From positions 75,169 to 139,168 of the forward strand of contig JAJCXN010000048.1 of assembly GCA_029263415.1 (NCBI GenBank): a stretch of DNA of 64,000 bases. Reading direction: 5' to 3'. The translations under genes and the position numbers were made by a program. Below, in pieces: positions 25,972 to 35,980 of this stretch (positions are counted from its first letter, which is position 1; each line of letters starts with the position of its first letter). The notes beneath the pieces were generated by a model that saw only the letters and a list, made by a program, of their open reading frames with translations, did no database searches and was not told where the DNA came from. This DNA comes from Acidobacteriota bacterium (lineage in GTDB: Bacteria > Acidobacteriota > Thermoanaerobaculia > Multivoradales > Multivoraceae).

Positions 25972-27600
25972 ATGATTCGCATGCACCGCTGCAGTTGCAG
26001 ACTAGTCGCCCTACTGGTGGTGTGCTGTACCGCCGCTTGTAGCGCTCCGGCGGAGGACGACCCACAGGTGTCTCCCGTTGACCTGGTCGACAGTGGCCGA
26101 GTTGATTTCCACACTCATGTCTTTAACACTCACTACCTTCCAATCGAGGGCATTCTGCGACAAAGAGGGCTCTCGCAAGGAGTGGCCCGGGCCGTACATC
26201 GCTGGCTCAGCAAGCGCACTTGCCAGAACGAAGCCCTGTCGACGATGCTTCAGATCGGCCCGGAGAGCTTAGAGGTCGAGCTTTCAGCGGAAGGTGCAAC
26301 GAAGGAGACATTCGCAGCCGAGGTCCGCGCGATCATCGGTCAAGACAGCGCCTCACTGGTGGCCCCTGCAGAGAACGACGAAAGAGAAATGATGGAACTC
26401 GTCGAGCTCCTCTTGCAAACCAGTTTTGAGCCCGACGCAGCGGTTGAAGCAAGCGACGAAGAACTCGACGCAGAGGATGTGGCGGCGCTCGGCATTCCCG
26501 GGGCCTTCCGGTTTCTCAACACCATCCGGCGTTGCGAGCAACAACAGTTCGAACAACTTGTTAAGGACTATCCAGCATCGTTGTATGTGCTGCACATGAT
26601 GGATCTCGAGCACATTTTCCAATATCAGGATTCCGTCGCGCCCACCTACCCTCTAGCTGAGCAGTGGACGCGCATGGCAGATCTGGTCAACAACTTGAAT
26701 TCGCAGTCGCAACAAGCTGTCCTCCTCGCTGCATTCGATCCTTTCCGGTTCTCCCACCAAGGAAGCCTCGATGCACTCAAGGATCTGCCAGAAGCGGCCA
26801 TCGGTCTCAAGTTCTACCCTCCGTCTGGTTATCGACCCACCGGAACGACCCTGCCGCCAGACGCCCTGGATCCGCCGGCTACATCTCGCTACTCGCACCT
26901 CGCGCTTGAAAGCACCGTGCTCAAATGGCAACAGACGTTCACCGACAAGATCGGGCTCACCCAAGACGAGATCGATGCACTCGTAGGGGACGCTCCCGCC
27001 GTTCTCGACAGCATCAACAAGGTCTTCTTCCAGTGGGCCGCAGAGCAGAACAAACTCATCTTCTCGCACCAGACACCCGGTGGCTTCGAAGCAGGACCGG
27101 GCTACGGAAAGCTATTCGCCGACCCACGCTGGTGGTACCCAATTCTCCAGAAGAACCCAAGCCTGCGCCTGGTCCTCGCCCATTCGGGCAGGGACGGATG
27201 GTTTGACGATGAGGCCGAATGGTCAAACTCGTTTGGCTACAACGCTTATCGGTTGTGTGTGCTGTTCGAGAACGTGCACTGTGACTTCGGCTACTTCGAC
27301 CAGGTTCGTTCGAAGAGCAAGAGGGCTCGTTTTGAGCAACGCCTTGCCGATTTGCTGTCTCGCGAAAGCGTCAATAGTGCAGAGCTCCTGCCACAGACGT
27401 TCGAGAACACCCACGACCTGCATCCTCGATATGACTTCTCCAAGAAGATCCTGTTCGGCACTGACTGGTTTATGGTGAAGAAACGGCGACGCTTCAAGAA
27501 GATCCCGGGGGACTTGGAGAAGGTGTTCAGTTCCCCTGAACTCGCGCCCTACAAGGACGACTTCTTCGGTCGTAACGCCCGACGCGCGCTGCAACTCTAG
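25972..27600 (+). CDS. lipoprotein of the metal-dependent amidohydrolase (TIM-barrel, DxHxH) superfamily
   Basis: Lipobox LLVVCCTAAC. N-terminal metal-binding motif VDFHTHVF. Later LVLAHSGRDGW and GTDWF resemble amidohydrolase-2 metal ligands. Confidence 0.65.
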   Translation: MIRMHRCSCRLVALLVVCCTAACSAPAEDDPQVSPVDLVDSGRVDFHTHVFNTHYLPIEGILRQRGLSQGVARAVHRWLSKRTCQNEALSTMLQIGPESLEVELSAEGATKETFAAEVRAIIGQDSASLVAPAENDEREMMELVELLLQTSFEPDAAVEASDEELDAEDVAALGIPGAFRFLNTIRRCEQQQFEQLVKDYPASLYVLHMMDLEHIFQYQDSVAPTYPLAEQWTRMADLVNNLNSQSQQAVLLAAFDPFRFSHQGSLDALKDLPEAAIGLKFYPPSGYRPTGTTLPPDALDPPATSRYSHLALESTVLKWQQTFTDKIGLTQDEIDALVGDAPAVLDSINKVFFQWAAEQNKLIFSHQTPGGFEAGPGYGKLFADPRWWYPILQKNPSLRLVLAHSGRDGWFDDEAEWSNSFGYNAYRLCVLFENVHCDFGYFDQVRSKSKRARFEQRLADLLSRESVNSAELLPQTFENTHDLHPRYDFSKKILFGTDWFMVKKRRRFKKIPGDLEKVFSSPELAPYKDDFFGRNARRALQL

Positions 27601-27864
27601 CGACGCGCTCGAGCCGGTCCCCAAAACCTCTGTAGTCGATCTGCAGGCCGCTGGCGGCATCCACGCCAACTACAGAAAGACGTCGGCATGGGCGCCGAGC
27701 CACAAAGGCTCCACGCGCGCAGTTCGGAACGGTCTGATGTCTTCGAGTGGCCGTGCGCGGCCAAGTTCGGGACCGTTCGCTGGAGCTTTTAGAGCTTTCA
27801 AACTACATGTGGGCCCTGCTGTTGACTTGCCTGGCGACTAGCCCTACAACACGCTCGGCCGCCT

Positions 27865-29961
27865 TCACTCCAGGCCGTGATGCAAAATGACTCGCCGCGC
27901 CTCCTGCTCTCGACCTAGGGCTGCTAGCACTGCCACAAGTGGCCTGGCTCCTTCGTCGGCGTTCGGATCGAGACTGAGGGATTTTTCAAGAGCTTTTGCC
28001 GCGGCAGGATAGTCGCGCGTAGAGATGTGGCAGCGGCCAACTTGAAACCAAGCCCGGGCCAGGAACTCGTTGCTCGAAACAGCACGCTCGAAGTCCTTGC
28101 ATGCTTCGGCCGGTTGCCCCATCCAGCTCCTTAGTCTGCCTCGGTGGTTGTACAACCAAGCGAAGTCCCGAACAGCCACTTGAGACTCTTGCATCTCGAT
28201 AGCCTGGTTGATGACTGCGAGAGCATCGCCGGGGCGATTCTGCCTGGCGGCAACCATCGAGAGCCAGATCCTGGTTTGTTGTGCAGCGTTGAACTCTAGG
28301 GAGCCTAGGTCGGCGAGTAGGGTTTCTAGCAGCTCTTTGGTTTTCTCCAGATCGCCCCGCAGCAAATGAGCTTGGGCAAGCCGTAGTCTTGGTTCGCTGA
28401 GATCTGCGTTGGAGAACAGCTCGCTCGCGTCACTCAGCATTCGAGGCAGCTCTTTAGCGGGGTCCAAAAAGCCCATGCGGATGCTTCCAGAGGCTAGGGC
28501 TAGGCTGTCCGAGATAGCTTGTTGCGGACCAGCGGATGCAGTCAGCGGAGTTACGCTGACTGGAAACGTCGTGCGATCAGCTTGAGGTGCCAAACGCTCT
28601 TCTTCAGGCAGCGGCCGCGATTGAATCCGATGGTCCGTCATGACCACGTGCACCACATCCTGTGTGCGCCTCTTCGGCATGTGACAACTCACGCAGTCTT
28701 CGCGCTCGAAATGTTGAGCTCGATCCTCGCCTGCCAGGTTCAAGGGAGCTTGCGTCTTGCCGTCTTCGGTGTGGCACGCCAAGCACTGAGAACGAGTACG
28801 ACGGAGCGTCTCTATGCGCGCTGGTTTGTTGTGCGGGTCATGACAAGACGTACACTCCAGATCGCCTGGTTTGCTTTCAACAAAACAGGAGCTTTGCTCC
28901 AGCCGATACCCGTGATGGTTGATCTCGAACCGCTGTTGCTTGCCGTGCGCTTTGCCGTCACGGTCGCGTTCTTGCACCTCGAGTTTTAGCAAGAAGTCCT
29001 GGAGGTTCTGACCAGCTGTGAACTGATAGTCGCCCCGGTCCAGCCTTCGTTGCCCGAACACAGAGACGGATGGTTGGTGATGGCATTGGGCACAAACGTC
29101 TCGCCGCCGTTCCGCAGAGAGGTCCTTCGGATCAACGATGGTGCTGCGGACAGCGTCCCGCAGGCTGCGACGTTGCTCGGAAGTTAGCTTCGGGCCGGTG
29201 GACGAACCCTGCAGTGCCTTGGCTTCGAGCGCCTTGGCAACGTGACTTTGACCAGGACCGTGACAGCGCTGGCAGCCGATACCTTCTGGCATCTTCGCCG
29301 GGAATACTGGTGGCGCAAAGCGTTCATCCTGAAACGATGGATCCGTCGGAACGGCGTTGTGACAGAACATGCAGCCACGCTGAACGACACGCAAACCGGC
29401 CTCGTCGTTGCCACGCTCGCCTCCAGGTTTGGTGCCCCACGACGCCTCCTGGGTGTACCAGGCGAGAGGCAGCTCGAACAGCAATCCCTCGGCGCTTTGC
29501 AAGAAATACACCCGAGAAGCAGAGCCAGATCCCAGCACCCAATCTACGGGGCGCTGCCAGAGATGAATCGGTTCTCCGTCTGGGGCTGTCTGCCACTGAG
29601 AGAAAACGATCTTCTCGCCCTCGAGAGACAGGCGGTAGGTTAGGCGCCCATCTTTGATACCAGAAGAAGAAAAGTCTTCGATCCGCGAGGCGTTCTCTGG
29701 CCGGGCGAATGATCGAGCCATGCCGAGCGTTTGAAAGGACTCAGCGATCGAGGAATGGCATTCGGCACAAACCTCGTCAGCCACGAAACCGTGCCAGTTA
29801 TCTTCGCTCGCCGAGGCCTCGGCAGTGTAGGGGTTCGCGAAAGCCACGCTCCTCACTGGGAGCCGGTCGATGCCGCCGAAATCGCTTAGCTGAAACAGCA
29901 ACAAACACAAGATGGCCAGGCAGCAAGCGACTAGCAGCGGAAGTTTCGATGTCTTGGACAT
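27865..29961 (-). CDS. multihaem cytochrome c (7 CxxCH sites) with C-terminal TPR repeats, secreted
   Basis: Signal or anchor LPLLVACCLAILCLLLF. CxxCH motifs: CAECHS, CMFCHN, CQRCHG, CAQCHH, CTSCHD, CLACHT, CVSCHM. The last 200 aa are TPR-like. Confidence 0.8.
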   Translation of the reverse strand: MSKTSKLPLLVACCLAILCLLLFQLSDFGGIDRLPVRSVAFANPYTAEASASEDNWHGFVADEVCAECHSSIAESFQTLGMARSFARPENASRIEDFSSSGIKDGRLTYRLSLEGEKIVFSQWQTAPDGEPIHLWQRPVDWVLGSGSASRVYFLQSAEGLLFELPLAWYTQEASWGTKPGGERGNDEAGLRVVQRGCMFCHNAVPTDPSFQDERFAPPVFPAKMPEGIGCQRCHGPGQSHVAKALEAKALQGSSTGPKLTSEQRRSLRDAVRSTIVDPKDLSAERRRDVCAQCHHQPSVSVFGQRRLDRGDYQFTAGQNLQDFLLKLEVQERDRDGKAHGKQQRFEINHHGYRLEQSSCFVESKPGDLECTSCHDPHNKPARIETLRRTRSQCLACHTEDGKTQAPLNLAGEDRAQHFEREDCVSCHMPKRRTQDVVHVVMTDHRIQSRPLPEEERLAPQADRTTFPVSVTPLTASAGPQQAISDSLALASGSIRMGFLDPAKELPRMLSDASELFSNADLSEPRLRLAQAHLLRGDLEKTKELLETLLADLGSLEFNAAQQTRIWLSMVAARQNRPGDALAVINQAIEMQESQVAVRDFAWLYNHRGRLRSWMGQPAEACKDFERAVSSNEFLARAWFQVGRCHISTRDYPAAAKALEKSLSLDPNADEGARPLVAVLAALGREQEARRVILHHGLE

Positions 29962-30317
29962 AGTGCGGCAACTCTAAAGGACCCACTCAACAACGTGGAG
30001 AGATTTGGAACTGCAGTCCGCCTTGCTGAGGTCATCGGAACGTTGGCTGGATCTACTCAGTCCACATGGGATCGAGCTCGGAAACTGGTTGGCGCGAAGC
30101 GAGGGGATCGCTTCTAAAAGAGAGAGGTCGCAAACAGAAGAACAAACTGGGCGGGCGGAGTCGCCTACCAGTCCAATCAGTGGTCGGACCGACTCATTCC
30201 TCGACAACTTGATACCAATCACCGCCGTTTGGAAATCGGGGCCCGGCTCCGGCACAACGCTCCCACCCTGATTCACCTTCTGACCCGGCTCCACTGTTCT
30301 AGTGATCCACTGCTCCA

Positions 30318-32018
30318 GTGAGTCTCGCGTATCATCGGCGGACCTTGCGCGCCCTTGTGTCCATCTTCATCTCGCTGCTCGCCCTCACTATGGGGGCGTG
30401 CGCTACGCGGATGCCCCTCGACCCTCGCACCGCCAATACCGGCGGACTCCTGACCGCCAGCGAACGGGCGACCGACGTCATCAGCTACGACTTGACCTTG
30501 GAGTTGTTCCCGAAGAAGCGGTCCATCCGCGGCAGCGGAACCGCTCAGCTGCGGGCCATCGAACCAACGACCATCGTCGAGCTGCAACTCGACTCGCGAT
30601 TCACGATATCCGAGGTCAGGGTCGACGGCTTGGCGATGAAATTCCAACGGGACGGTGGCTCGATCATGGTCGAGTTGCGACAGCCTCTGGACGCTGGTGA
30701 AGAGTCCAGCGTTACGGTCGACTACTCCGGCAAACCATGGGTCGCTAAGCGGGCGCCCTGGGACGGCGGCTTCGTCTGGAGCAAGACTCCGGACGGACAA
30801 CCCTGGATTGCCACCGCCGTGCAGTCCGAGGGTTGCGACCTGTGGTGGCCCTGCAAGGACCATTTTGCCGACAAGCCAGAGCGCATGACGATGCATGTCA
30901 CCGTGCCGGCGGGGCTGAGCGCCGCGCTCAACGGCGTGCTCGAGTCGACGGACAAGTTGGCCGATGGCCGCCGGACCTTTCACTGGGTCGTCACCCGGCC
31001 GATCAGCGACTACAACGTCTCCTTGAATGTCGGACCGTTCGAGCGCATTGAGACGAGCTTTGAGTCGGTCAACGGCACCAAGGTACCTATTGAGTTCTGG
31101 ACCCTCAAGAGCAGCCTGGAGAAGGCTCGTAAGCTGATCGACGAGGACCTGCGTCAGCAGATCGAGTGGTTCGAGCGCACCCTTGGTCCTTATCCCTGGG
31201 GAGACGAGAAGCTGGGCTTGGTCGAGACCCCTCACCTGGGAATGGAGCACCAAACCTTGAACGCCTATGGCAACAAGTTCAAGCGCGACAACCACGGCTT
31301 CGACTGGCTGCTGCAACACGAGCTATCCCACGAGTGGTTCGGCAACCTGATGACCCACAAGAGGTCCAACGACGCCTGGCTCCACGAAGGATTCGGCAAC
31401 TACATGCAGCCGGCCTATTCGCTACACCGCTTCGGGAAGGCAGCGTACCTTCACCGGATGTACCAGGGCTATCTGCGGCTCGAAAACTGTGACCCGGTGG
31501 TGCCCGAAGGCGATCCCACAAGCGACGAGGCGTTCACCGGGGACATCTACACCAAGGGGATGTGGGTCCTGCATACTCTGCGCCGACAGATCGGCGACGA
31601 CGCGTTCTGGCGCGCCACTCGGCGCTTACTCTACGACACGGCTACGCCCTGGGAGCTGTCCTATCCGATCGAGCCGGTGTACCGGTCGACTGAGGACTTC
31701 GTGCGATTCGTCAACGAGGAAGCCGGACGCGATCTGACATGGATGTTCGATGTTTACCTCCGCGAGGCCGACCTCCCTGCTCTCGAAATCTCCCGCGCCG
31801 ACGACAACCTGAAATTGGTCTGGAACGTGCCCGGCGGCCACGAGTTTCCAATGCCGGTTCTGGTGGAGGTCGACGGCACACTGCACCAGGTCTCGATGGA
31901 GGACGGCAGCGGTTGGTTGCCGGTGGCCCAGGATGCCCACGTCGTCATCGACCCGGACATGGCAGTCCTGCGCCGGCTGCCGATTATCGGCAGCTGCGAA
32001 GAGATCAAAGCCCAGTAG
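30318..32018 (+). CDS. M1-family (aminopeptidase N-like) zinc metallopeptidase lipoprotein
   Basis: Gluzincin motif HELSHEWFGN … WLHEGFGNY (HExxH-x18-E). Lipobox LLALTMGAC. Confidence 0.85.
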   Translation: MSLAYHRRTLRALVSIFISLLALTMGACATRMPLDPRTANTGGLLTASERATDVISYDLTLELFPKKRSIRGSGTAQLRAIEPTTIVELQLDSRFTISEVRVDGLAMKFQRDGGSIMVELRQPLDAGEESSVTVDYSGKPWVAKRAPWDGGFVWSKTPDGQPWIATAVQSEGCDLWWPCKDHFADKPERMTMHVTVPAGLSAALNGVLESTDKLADGRRTFHWVVTRPISDYNVSLNVGPFERIETSFESVNGTKVPIEFWTLKSSLEKARKLIDEDLRQQIEWFERTLGPYPWGDEKLGLVETPHLGMEHQTLNAYGNKFKRDNHGFDWLLQHELSHEWFGNLMTHKRSNDAWLHEGFGNYMQPAYSLHRFGKAAYLHRMYQGYLRLENCDPVVPEGDPTSDEAFTGDIYTKGMWVLHTLRRQIGDDAFWRATRRLLYDTATPWELSYPIEPVYRSTEDFVRFVNEEAGRDLTWMFDVYLREADLPALEISRADDNLKLVWNVPGGHEFPMPVLVEVDGTLHQVSMEDGSGWLPVAQDAHVVIDPDMAVLRRLPIIGSCEEIKAQ

Positions 32019-32255
32019 GGAGCCAGTTCCTGAGGCCTCGGGCATAGGCAGCAGGCGGACTGAGCTCACCACTGCTTAGTCGGCTCAAAGAGCTTCGGCA
32101 ACGCCTGGCCAGCTGGCCAAGCAGCTCACTTGACCACGGGTATCACCTGACGCTCGTTAGCCCAGTAGCTGCACGTCCGTACACCCGGTTCAAAGAACCA
32201 TGACGATGCTCACGAGCCGGGTGGACCGCTCGCATGAGGCGCCTAGGGAGTTCGG

Positions 32256-33770
32256 CTAGAGCGATGGAAGATCGATTCGGCGGGTATCAGCATCGCCGGT
32301 ACGAAAGTAGCGGGCCATGGCTTCAGCGATTTCCTTGCTCGAAATGAGTAGATCGTCACCGTGCCCCGCGCCATGAATCAAAAGATGGTCACCGTTCGAG
32401 AATCCGGCCAGAACTTCCTCTGCATTCGAAGGTGGTGTACGGGTGTCTAGGGTGCCGCTCACCGCTAGAACGGGAACCTTCGAAACGAGATCGCTTCGAT
32501 AGGTCTCTCCAAGGTCCTGGACCGGCCAGAATGGGCAGAACGTAATCAAGTCAAGATTGAGCGCCTCTCTGATCAGCGACGTGGGTTCCTCCTCGGCGAG
32601 ACGCTCGAGTCGTTCCGGGGACGCCCCGGACGCGCAATCCATTGAGAGAGCCATGATCCCGGGCCTCCCGCCTACCCTCATGGTTACCGCGAACTTGGCG
32701 AGCAGCTCGTCGTCACCTTCAGCGATGCGCCGAATACGTTTTGCTGCTCTGAGGTAGTTCTCTCTTTCGTCGAAACCATAAAGAGCGGCCAAGCGCAGTT
32801 CCAGCGAGGTGAGGGCAACCTCCGCTTCTTCGCCCGTGGTTGGATGTTCAATCAACACTCGAGGAGCTTCTCTATCGAGACGTTCGATCCCTCTTTGCAG
32901 GTCGCTAACAAGCCCTTTCCATCCGGCCTCGGTCTCGAGCGTCTCGTCAATCGTGCGCAGGACATCATCAAAAACGGACGGCAACTTGTATGTGTGGTCG
33001 GGCCCTTCAACGCCTGCGAGAACAGCACGCTCCACGCGCTCTGGATAGTTGCGAATGTACGCAAGTGCTAGGTGGGTGCCGTAGCTGATACCAACCAGAT
33101 TGAGCTTTTCCACTCCAAGCGCCACACGCAGAGATTCGAGGTCCTCAGCGCTCTCCTCGGTTGTAAAGGCGTCCGGATGCAGCCGTCCTTGCCACTCGGC
33201 CCAACAATCACGAAGCACATGCTCGTTGATCGACATCATCGAACCCGCGTCAGCCGTCTGGTTGAGTGGGTAGCTATAGGAGCTGTCGCAGTATGGAAAG
33301 GGGTCCGTATGCCTAGTACCCCGCTGGTCAAACGCAATCACGTCGCCCGCCTCTCGCAACTTCATAAAGAAGGGGAAGCGATCGCCGGATGCGGTGTCGA
33401 CCCCTGAACCTCCTGGGCCACCCGCGAGGTAGACAATCGGCGCGGCCTCCGCTTCAGGATTGTAGGCAGGAAAGCGCACGTATCGAACCTCCACGTTGGG
33501 CTCGTTGGGGACGCCTCGTCGGGCTGGGACGGCGAGGTGGCCTAGTTCCGCTTGCACCTTGCGTGGGTAGAACCAGAAGTCCTTCTGCACGAACTGGATC
33601 GGTTCTCGAGTTAGCGGTCCCTCGACAACCGCTTCTCCGGTCACGGTGATCATCGGCATCCGGTCGCCGAGCCACACCAATCCGCGTAACACCATTAGCG
33701 AACAGAACAAGAACGCTGCTACTCGGACACCCCACCTCAGGAGGCGTCTTCGCCAACTCACGCCGCTCAT
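32256..33770 (-). CDS. alpha/beta hydrolase (S33 prolyl/tripeptidyl aminopeptidase-like), membrane-anchored
   Basis: Nucleophile elbow GISYGT, HGxxG-like YLAGGPGGSG, C-terminal HGAGHG. N-terminal anchor VRVAAFLFCSLMVLRGLVWL. Start chosen at MSGVSW (track start 33827). Confidence 0.75.
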   Translation of the reverse strand: MSGVSWRRRLLRWGVRVAAFLFCSLMVLRGLVWLGDRMPMITVTGEAVVEGPLTREPIQFVQKDFWFYPRKVQAELGHLAVPARRGVPNEPNVEVRYVRFPAYNPEAEAAPIVYLAGGPGGSGVDTASGDRFPFFMKLREAGDVIAFDQRGTRHTDPFPYCDSSYSYPLNQTADAGSMMSINEHVLRDCWAEWQGRLHPDAFTTEESAEDLESLRVALGVEKLNLVGISYGTHLALAYIRNYPERVERAVLAGVEGPDHTYKLPSVFDDVLRTIDETLETEAGWKGLVSDLQRGIERLDREAPRVLIEHPTTGEEAEVALTSLELRLAALYGFDERENYLRAAKRIRRIAEGDDELLAKFAVTMRVGGRPGIMALSMDCASGASPERLERLAEEEPTSLIREALNLDLITFCPFWPVQDLGETYRSDLVSKVPVLAVSGTLDTRTPPSNAEEVLAGFSNGDHLLIHGAGHGDDLLISSKEIAEAMARYFRTGDADTRRIDLPSL

Positions 33771-33959
33771 CGCGCACTCTTCGTAAAGTGTGCTTGCCAA
33801 TGTGACAGCAGTGCACCGGCAGTACACCTGTGGGCCGAAGCGTTGCCAGAGGAAGCGCGCGAGGGGACGCGGCGCGGGAATCGGGAAGTACGAGTTCGTT
33901 TGTGTCTCATGGTCGCAGTGTGGCCGAACGATGACCGCTGGTCTTGAACGATTCGAACC

Positions 33960-34739
33960 TTAGCGCTCGTCGTGCATCCGGCTGAGACGCTGAGCCTGCT
34001 GCCTGAAGGCTCCAGGCGACCAACCTGTTTCGAGTTTGAACTCTCGACTCAGATGACTCTGGTCGGCGTAGCCCAGATGGTCGGCCACATGTGCAAGCGG
34101 AGTTGTTCCTGCAAGCTGTTCCAGCGCCGCCCGCACTCTCGTCGCGCGCCGCACATCTCCAATAGAACAGCCAAAGTGGGTGCGGAAGACCCTTGCGAGA
34201 TAGACCGGATGTACGAGGAACTGGCGAGCAAGCGGGGTCAAGGATGGCGGATGAGGTGTGGCGTTGACAGTCTCCCAGACCTCGGTCATCCAGCTTGGTG
34301 TCTCGGCTTGCGGTTGGCGCCTCCTGTGAGCTTCGCTCACGCAACGCAGGACGCTCTCGATTGCTCCATGGGGAAAGCCATCCCGCCACTTAGAAAGTTT
34401 GAGAAGAAGTTCCAGGAGGCGCGCAGATCCCGCCCCAGAGTTGAACGCCTGTGGCTCGCGAAACCCAGCCTGACCCGTCTGTTGAAGCTTCTCTCTGTCG
34501 AACGCGACAAGCAGCATTCTCACACCCTCTGGTCCCGTTCCAGTCTCGTGCGGCTCACCTTTGGGCTTGTAGTGAATCGACCAGCGGGTGCAGCGCTGCT
34601 CGCCTACCTTGAACGATTCTCGCAACTCGCCTCGGACTACCAAGGTCACAATGTCGTAGTCGTGCACCGAAAGAGAATGGCCGCCGCCGCGATCAACGAT
34701 CCGGTCCCCAAAGTACCAACCCTGTGCAAGATTGCTCAC
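33960..34739 (-). CDS. AraC/XylS-family transcriptional regulator
   Basis: C-terminal AraC-type double HTH (…LARVFRTHFGCSIGDVRRATRVRAALEQL… HLGYADQSHLSREFKLETGWSPGAFRQ). N-terminal cupin-like effector domain. Confidence 0.85.
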   Translation of the reverse strand: MSNLAQGWYFGDRIVDRGGGHSLSVHDYDIVTLVVRGELRESFKVGEQRCTRWSIHYKPKGEPHETGTGPEGVRMLLVAFDREKLQQTGQAGFREPQAFNSGAGSARLLELLLKLSKWRDGFPHGAIESVLRCVSEAHRRRQPQAETPSWMTEVWETVNATPHPPSLTPLARQFLVHPVYLARVFRTHFGCSIGDVRRATRVRAALEQLAGTTPLAHVADHLGYADQSHLSREFKLETGWSPGAFRQQAQRLSRMHDER

Positions 34740-34923
34740 GCTGGAGTCCTACGCAGAAGACGCTCAATCGGTTGCGGGTGTTTGCCGATCGGTCATGAGA
34801 TTCAGGAAGGATCCATGCTGTGAGCAGGTGCCTGGTCTGGAGAGTGGCGAGGTGGCCGGTGGAGTGGAGAAGGTCAGTGGAGAGGGGTTGGAGATTGGTG
34901 ACTGTTTGGTCAGGGGGCAGACT

Positions 34924-34955
34924 CTTCTACAACTTCCTTCTACAACTTCTACAAC
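34924..34955. promoter_or_regulatory. three direct repeats of TTCTACAAC in the divergent region upstream of the AraC gene
   Basis: The sequence actcTTCTACAACttcCTTCTACAACTTCTACAACccc lies about 185 bp upstream of the AraC start codon. AraC/XylS proteins typically bind direct repeats. Confidence 0.25.
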
Positions 34956-35275
34956 CCCTGCCGAAGATCAGGCAAGTGCGCTTACTCTGAGCGGCGCCAA
35001 TGGCGATACACCGACGACGCGCTCGCCGAGCGTCACAACCGGAATCAGTTTGTGTACCCGCAGCCTAGCGGCCGACGTATGCCATCTGGGAAGTAGCGAG
35101 TTTGATCGCCATTCTTGAGGGAACCCAGACCAAAGGAACGCCGTGGCACCGCAACCCAAGAAATGACGCAGGTACTCAGTAGGAGCGTTCAACACAAGCC
35201 GCAAACCTTCAATGCGCCTCAGGCAGCCCATGGTTGTCGCGACGCTCGTCCTAACCTCACTCCCCTACAACTTCC

Positions 35276-35959
35276 ATGGATGGTTCTCTCTTGAAACCTG
35301 CAATCGTCCTCACTTGTATCGTCGCTATCAGTGCAGTCTCTATTCGCCCCGTGGGGGCTCAGACCGTCACCACCGGCCCTCAACAGATCGTCGACGGGAC
35401 CGGGCTCGTGGTGGGCCCGGTGCTCGACTATCGGACCACAGAAAACATCGTAATCGACTTTGCAAGGACGTCCTTCCTGATCGATGGTCAGCCAGTCACG
35501 CTGGAACTGCAAGCAGGGGTCGACGAACGTTTGTTGCAGCAAGGTGCGCCCTTCATCGTCGCCTTTCAGCTGCCAGGATGTGCTGGACAGGCGTTCTTCA
35601 CGCACGCCGATACCGGCTCATCCCTTCCTATTGACGCCTTCGCCCGCGTCGCAATGGTCAACGAGCAGCAACCTTCGCCCACTCTGCGTGGCTATCGCCC
35701 GGAGCCTGGGGCAGTCACCCAAGTAGGGTTGACCTACATGTCATTCCTTCTGTACGAAAACGGGCAGTGTGGGGCGATCTCCCTGGTGCAAGACGGAACT
35801 CCTGCGATCGCGTTCGATACCCCATTCGCGCCTCCCTACAGCATCGAAGCAGGAGCAACCGGCACCAACGTGGTAGCGGTACCCGCCGTGTCGCCACTGG
35901 GCCTTTGCTTGCTGGCGGTCTGTCTCCTGATCGCCGCTATCAAGATCCAGAGAGGTTGA
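35276..35959 (+). CDS. secreted protein with a PEP-CTERM-like C-terminal sorting-signal variant (VPAVSP–hydrophobic–KIQRG)
   Basis: N-terminal signal IVLTCIVAISAVSIRPVGAQT. C-terminus VPAVSPLGLCLLAVCLLIAAIKIQRG has the layout short Pro motif, TM helix, basic tail. Confidence 0.55.
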   Translation: MDGSLLKPAIVLTCIVAISAVSIRPVGAQTVTTGPQQIVDGTGLVVGPVLDYRTTENIVIDFARTSFLIDGQPVTLELQAGVDERLLQQGAPFIVAFQLPGCAGQAFFTHADTGSSLPIDAFARVAMVNEQQPSPTLRGYRPEPGAVTQVGLTYMSFLLYENGQCGAISLVQDGTPAIAFDTPFAPPYSIEAGATGTNVVAVPAVSPLGLCLLAVCLLIAAIKIQRG

Positions 35960-35980
35960 CGTAGCTTCGGTTCCGTCGAG

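Noticed and set aside
30273-31319. 348-aa antisense ORF over the M1 peptidase gene
   Set aside because: No motifs. The M1 gluzincin signature on the + strand is unambiguous.
33972-34823. 283-aa plus-strand ORF over the AraC gene
   Set aside because: Antisense to a clear AraC-type HTH gene.
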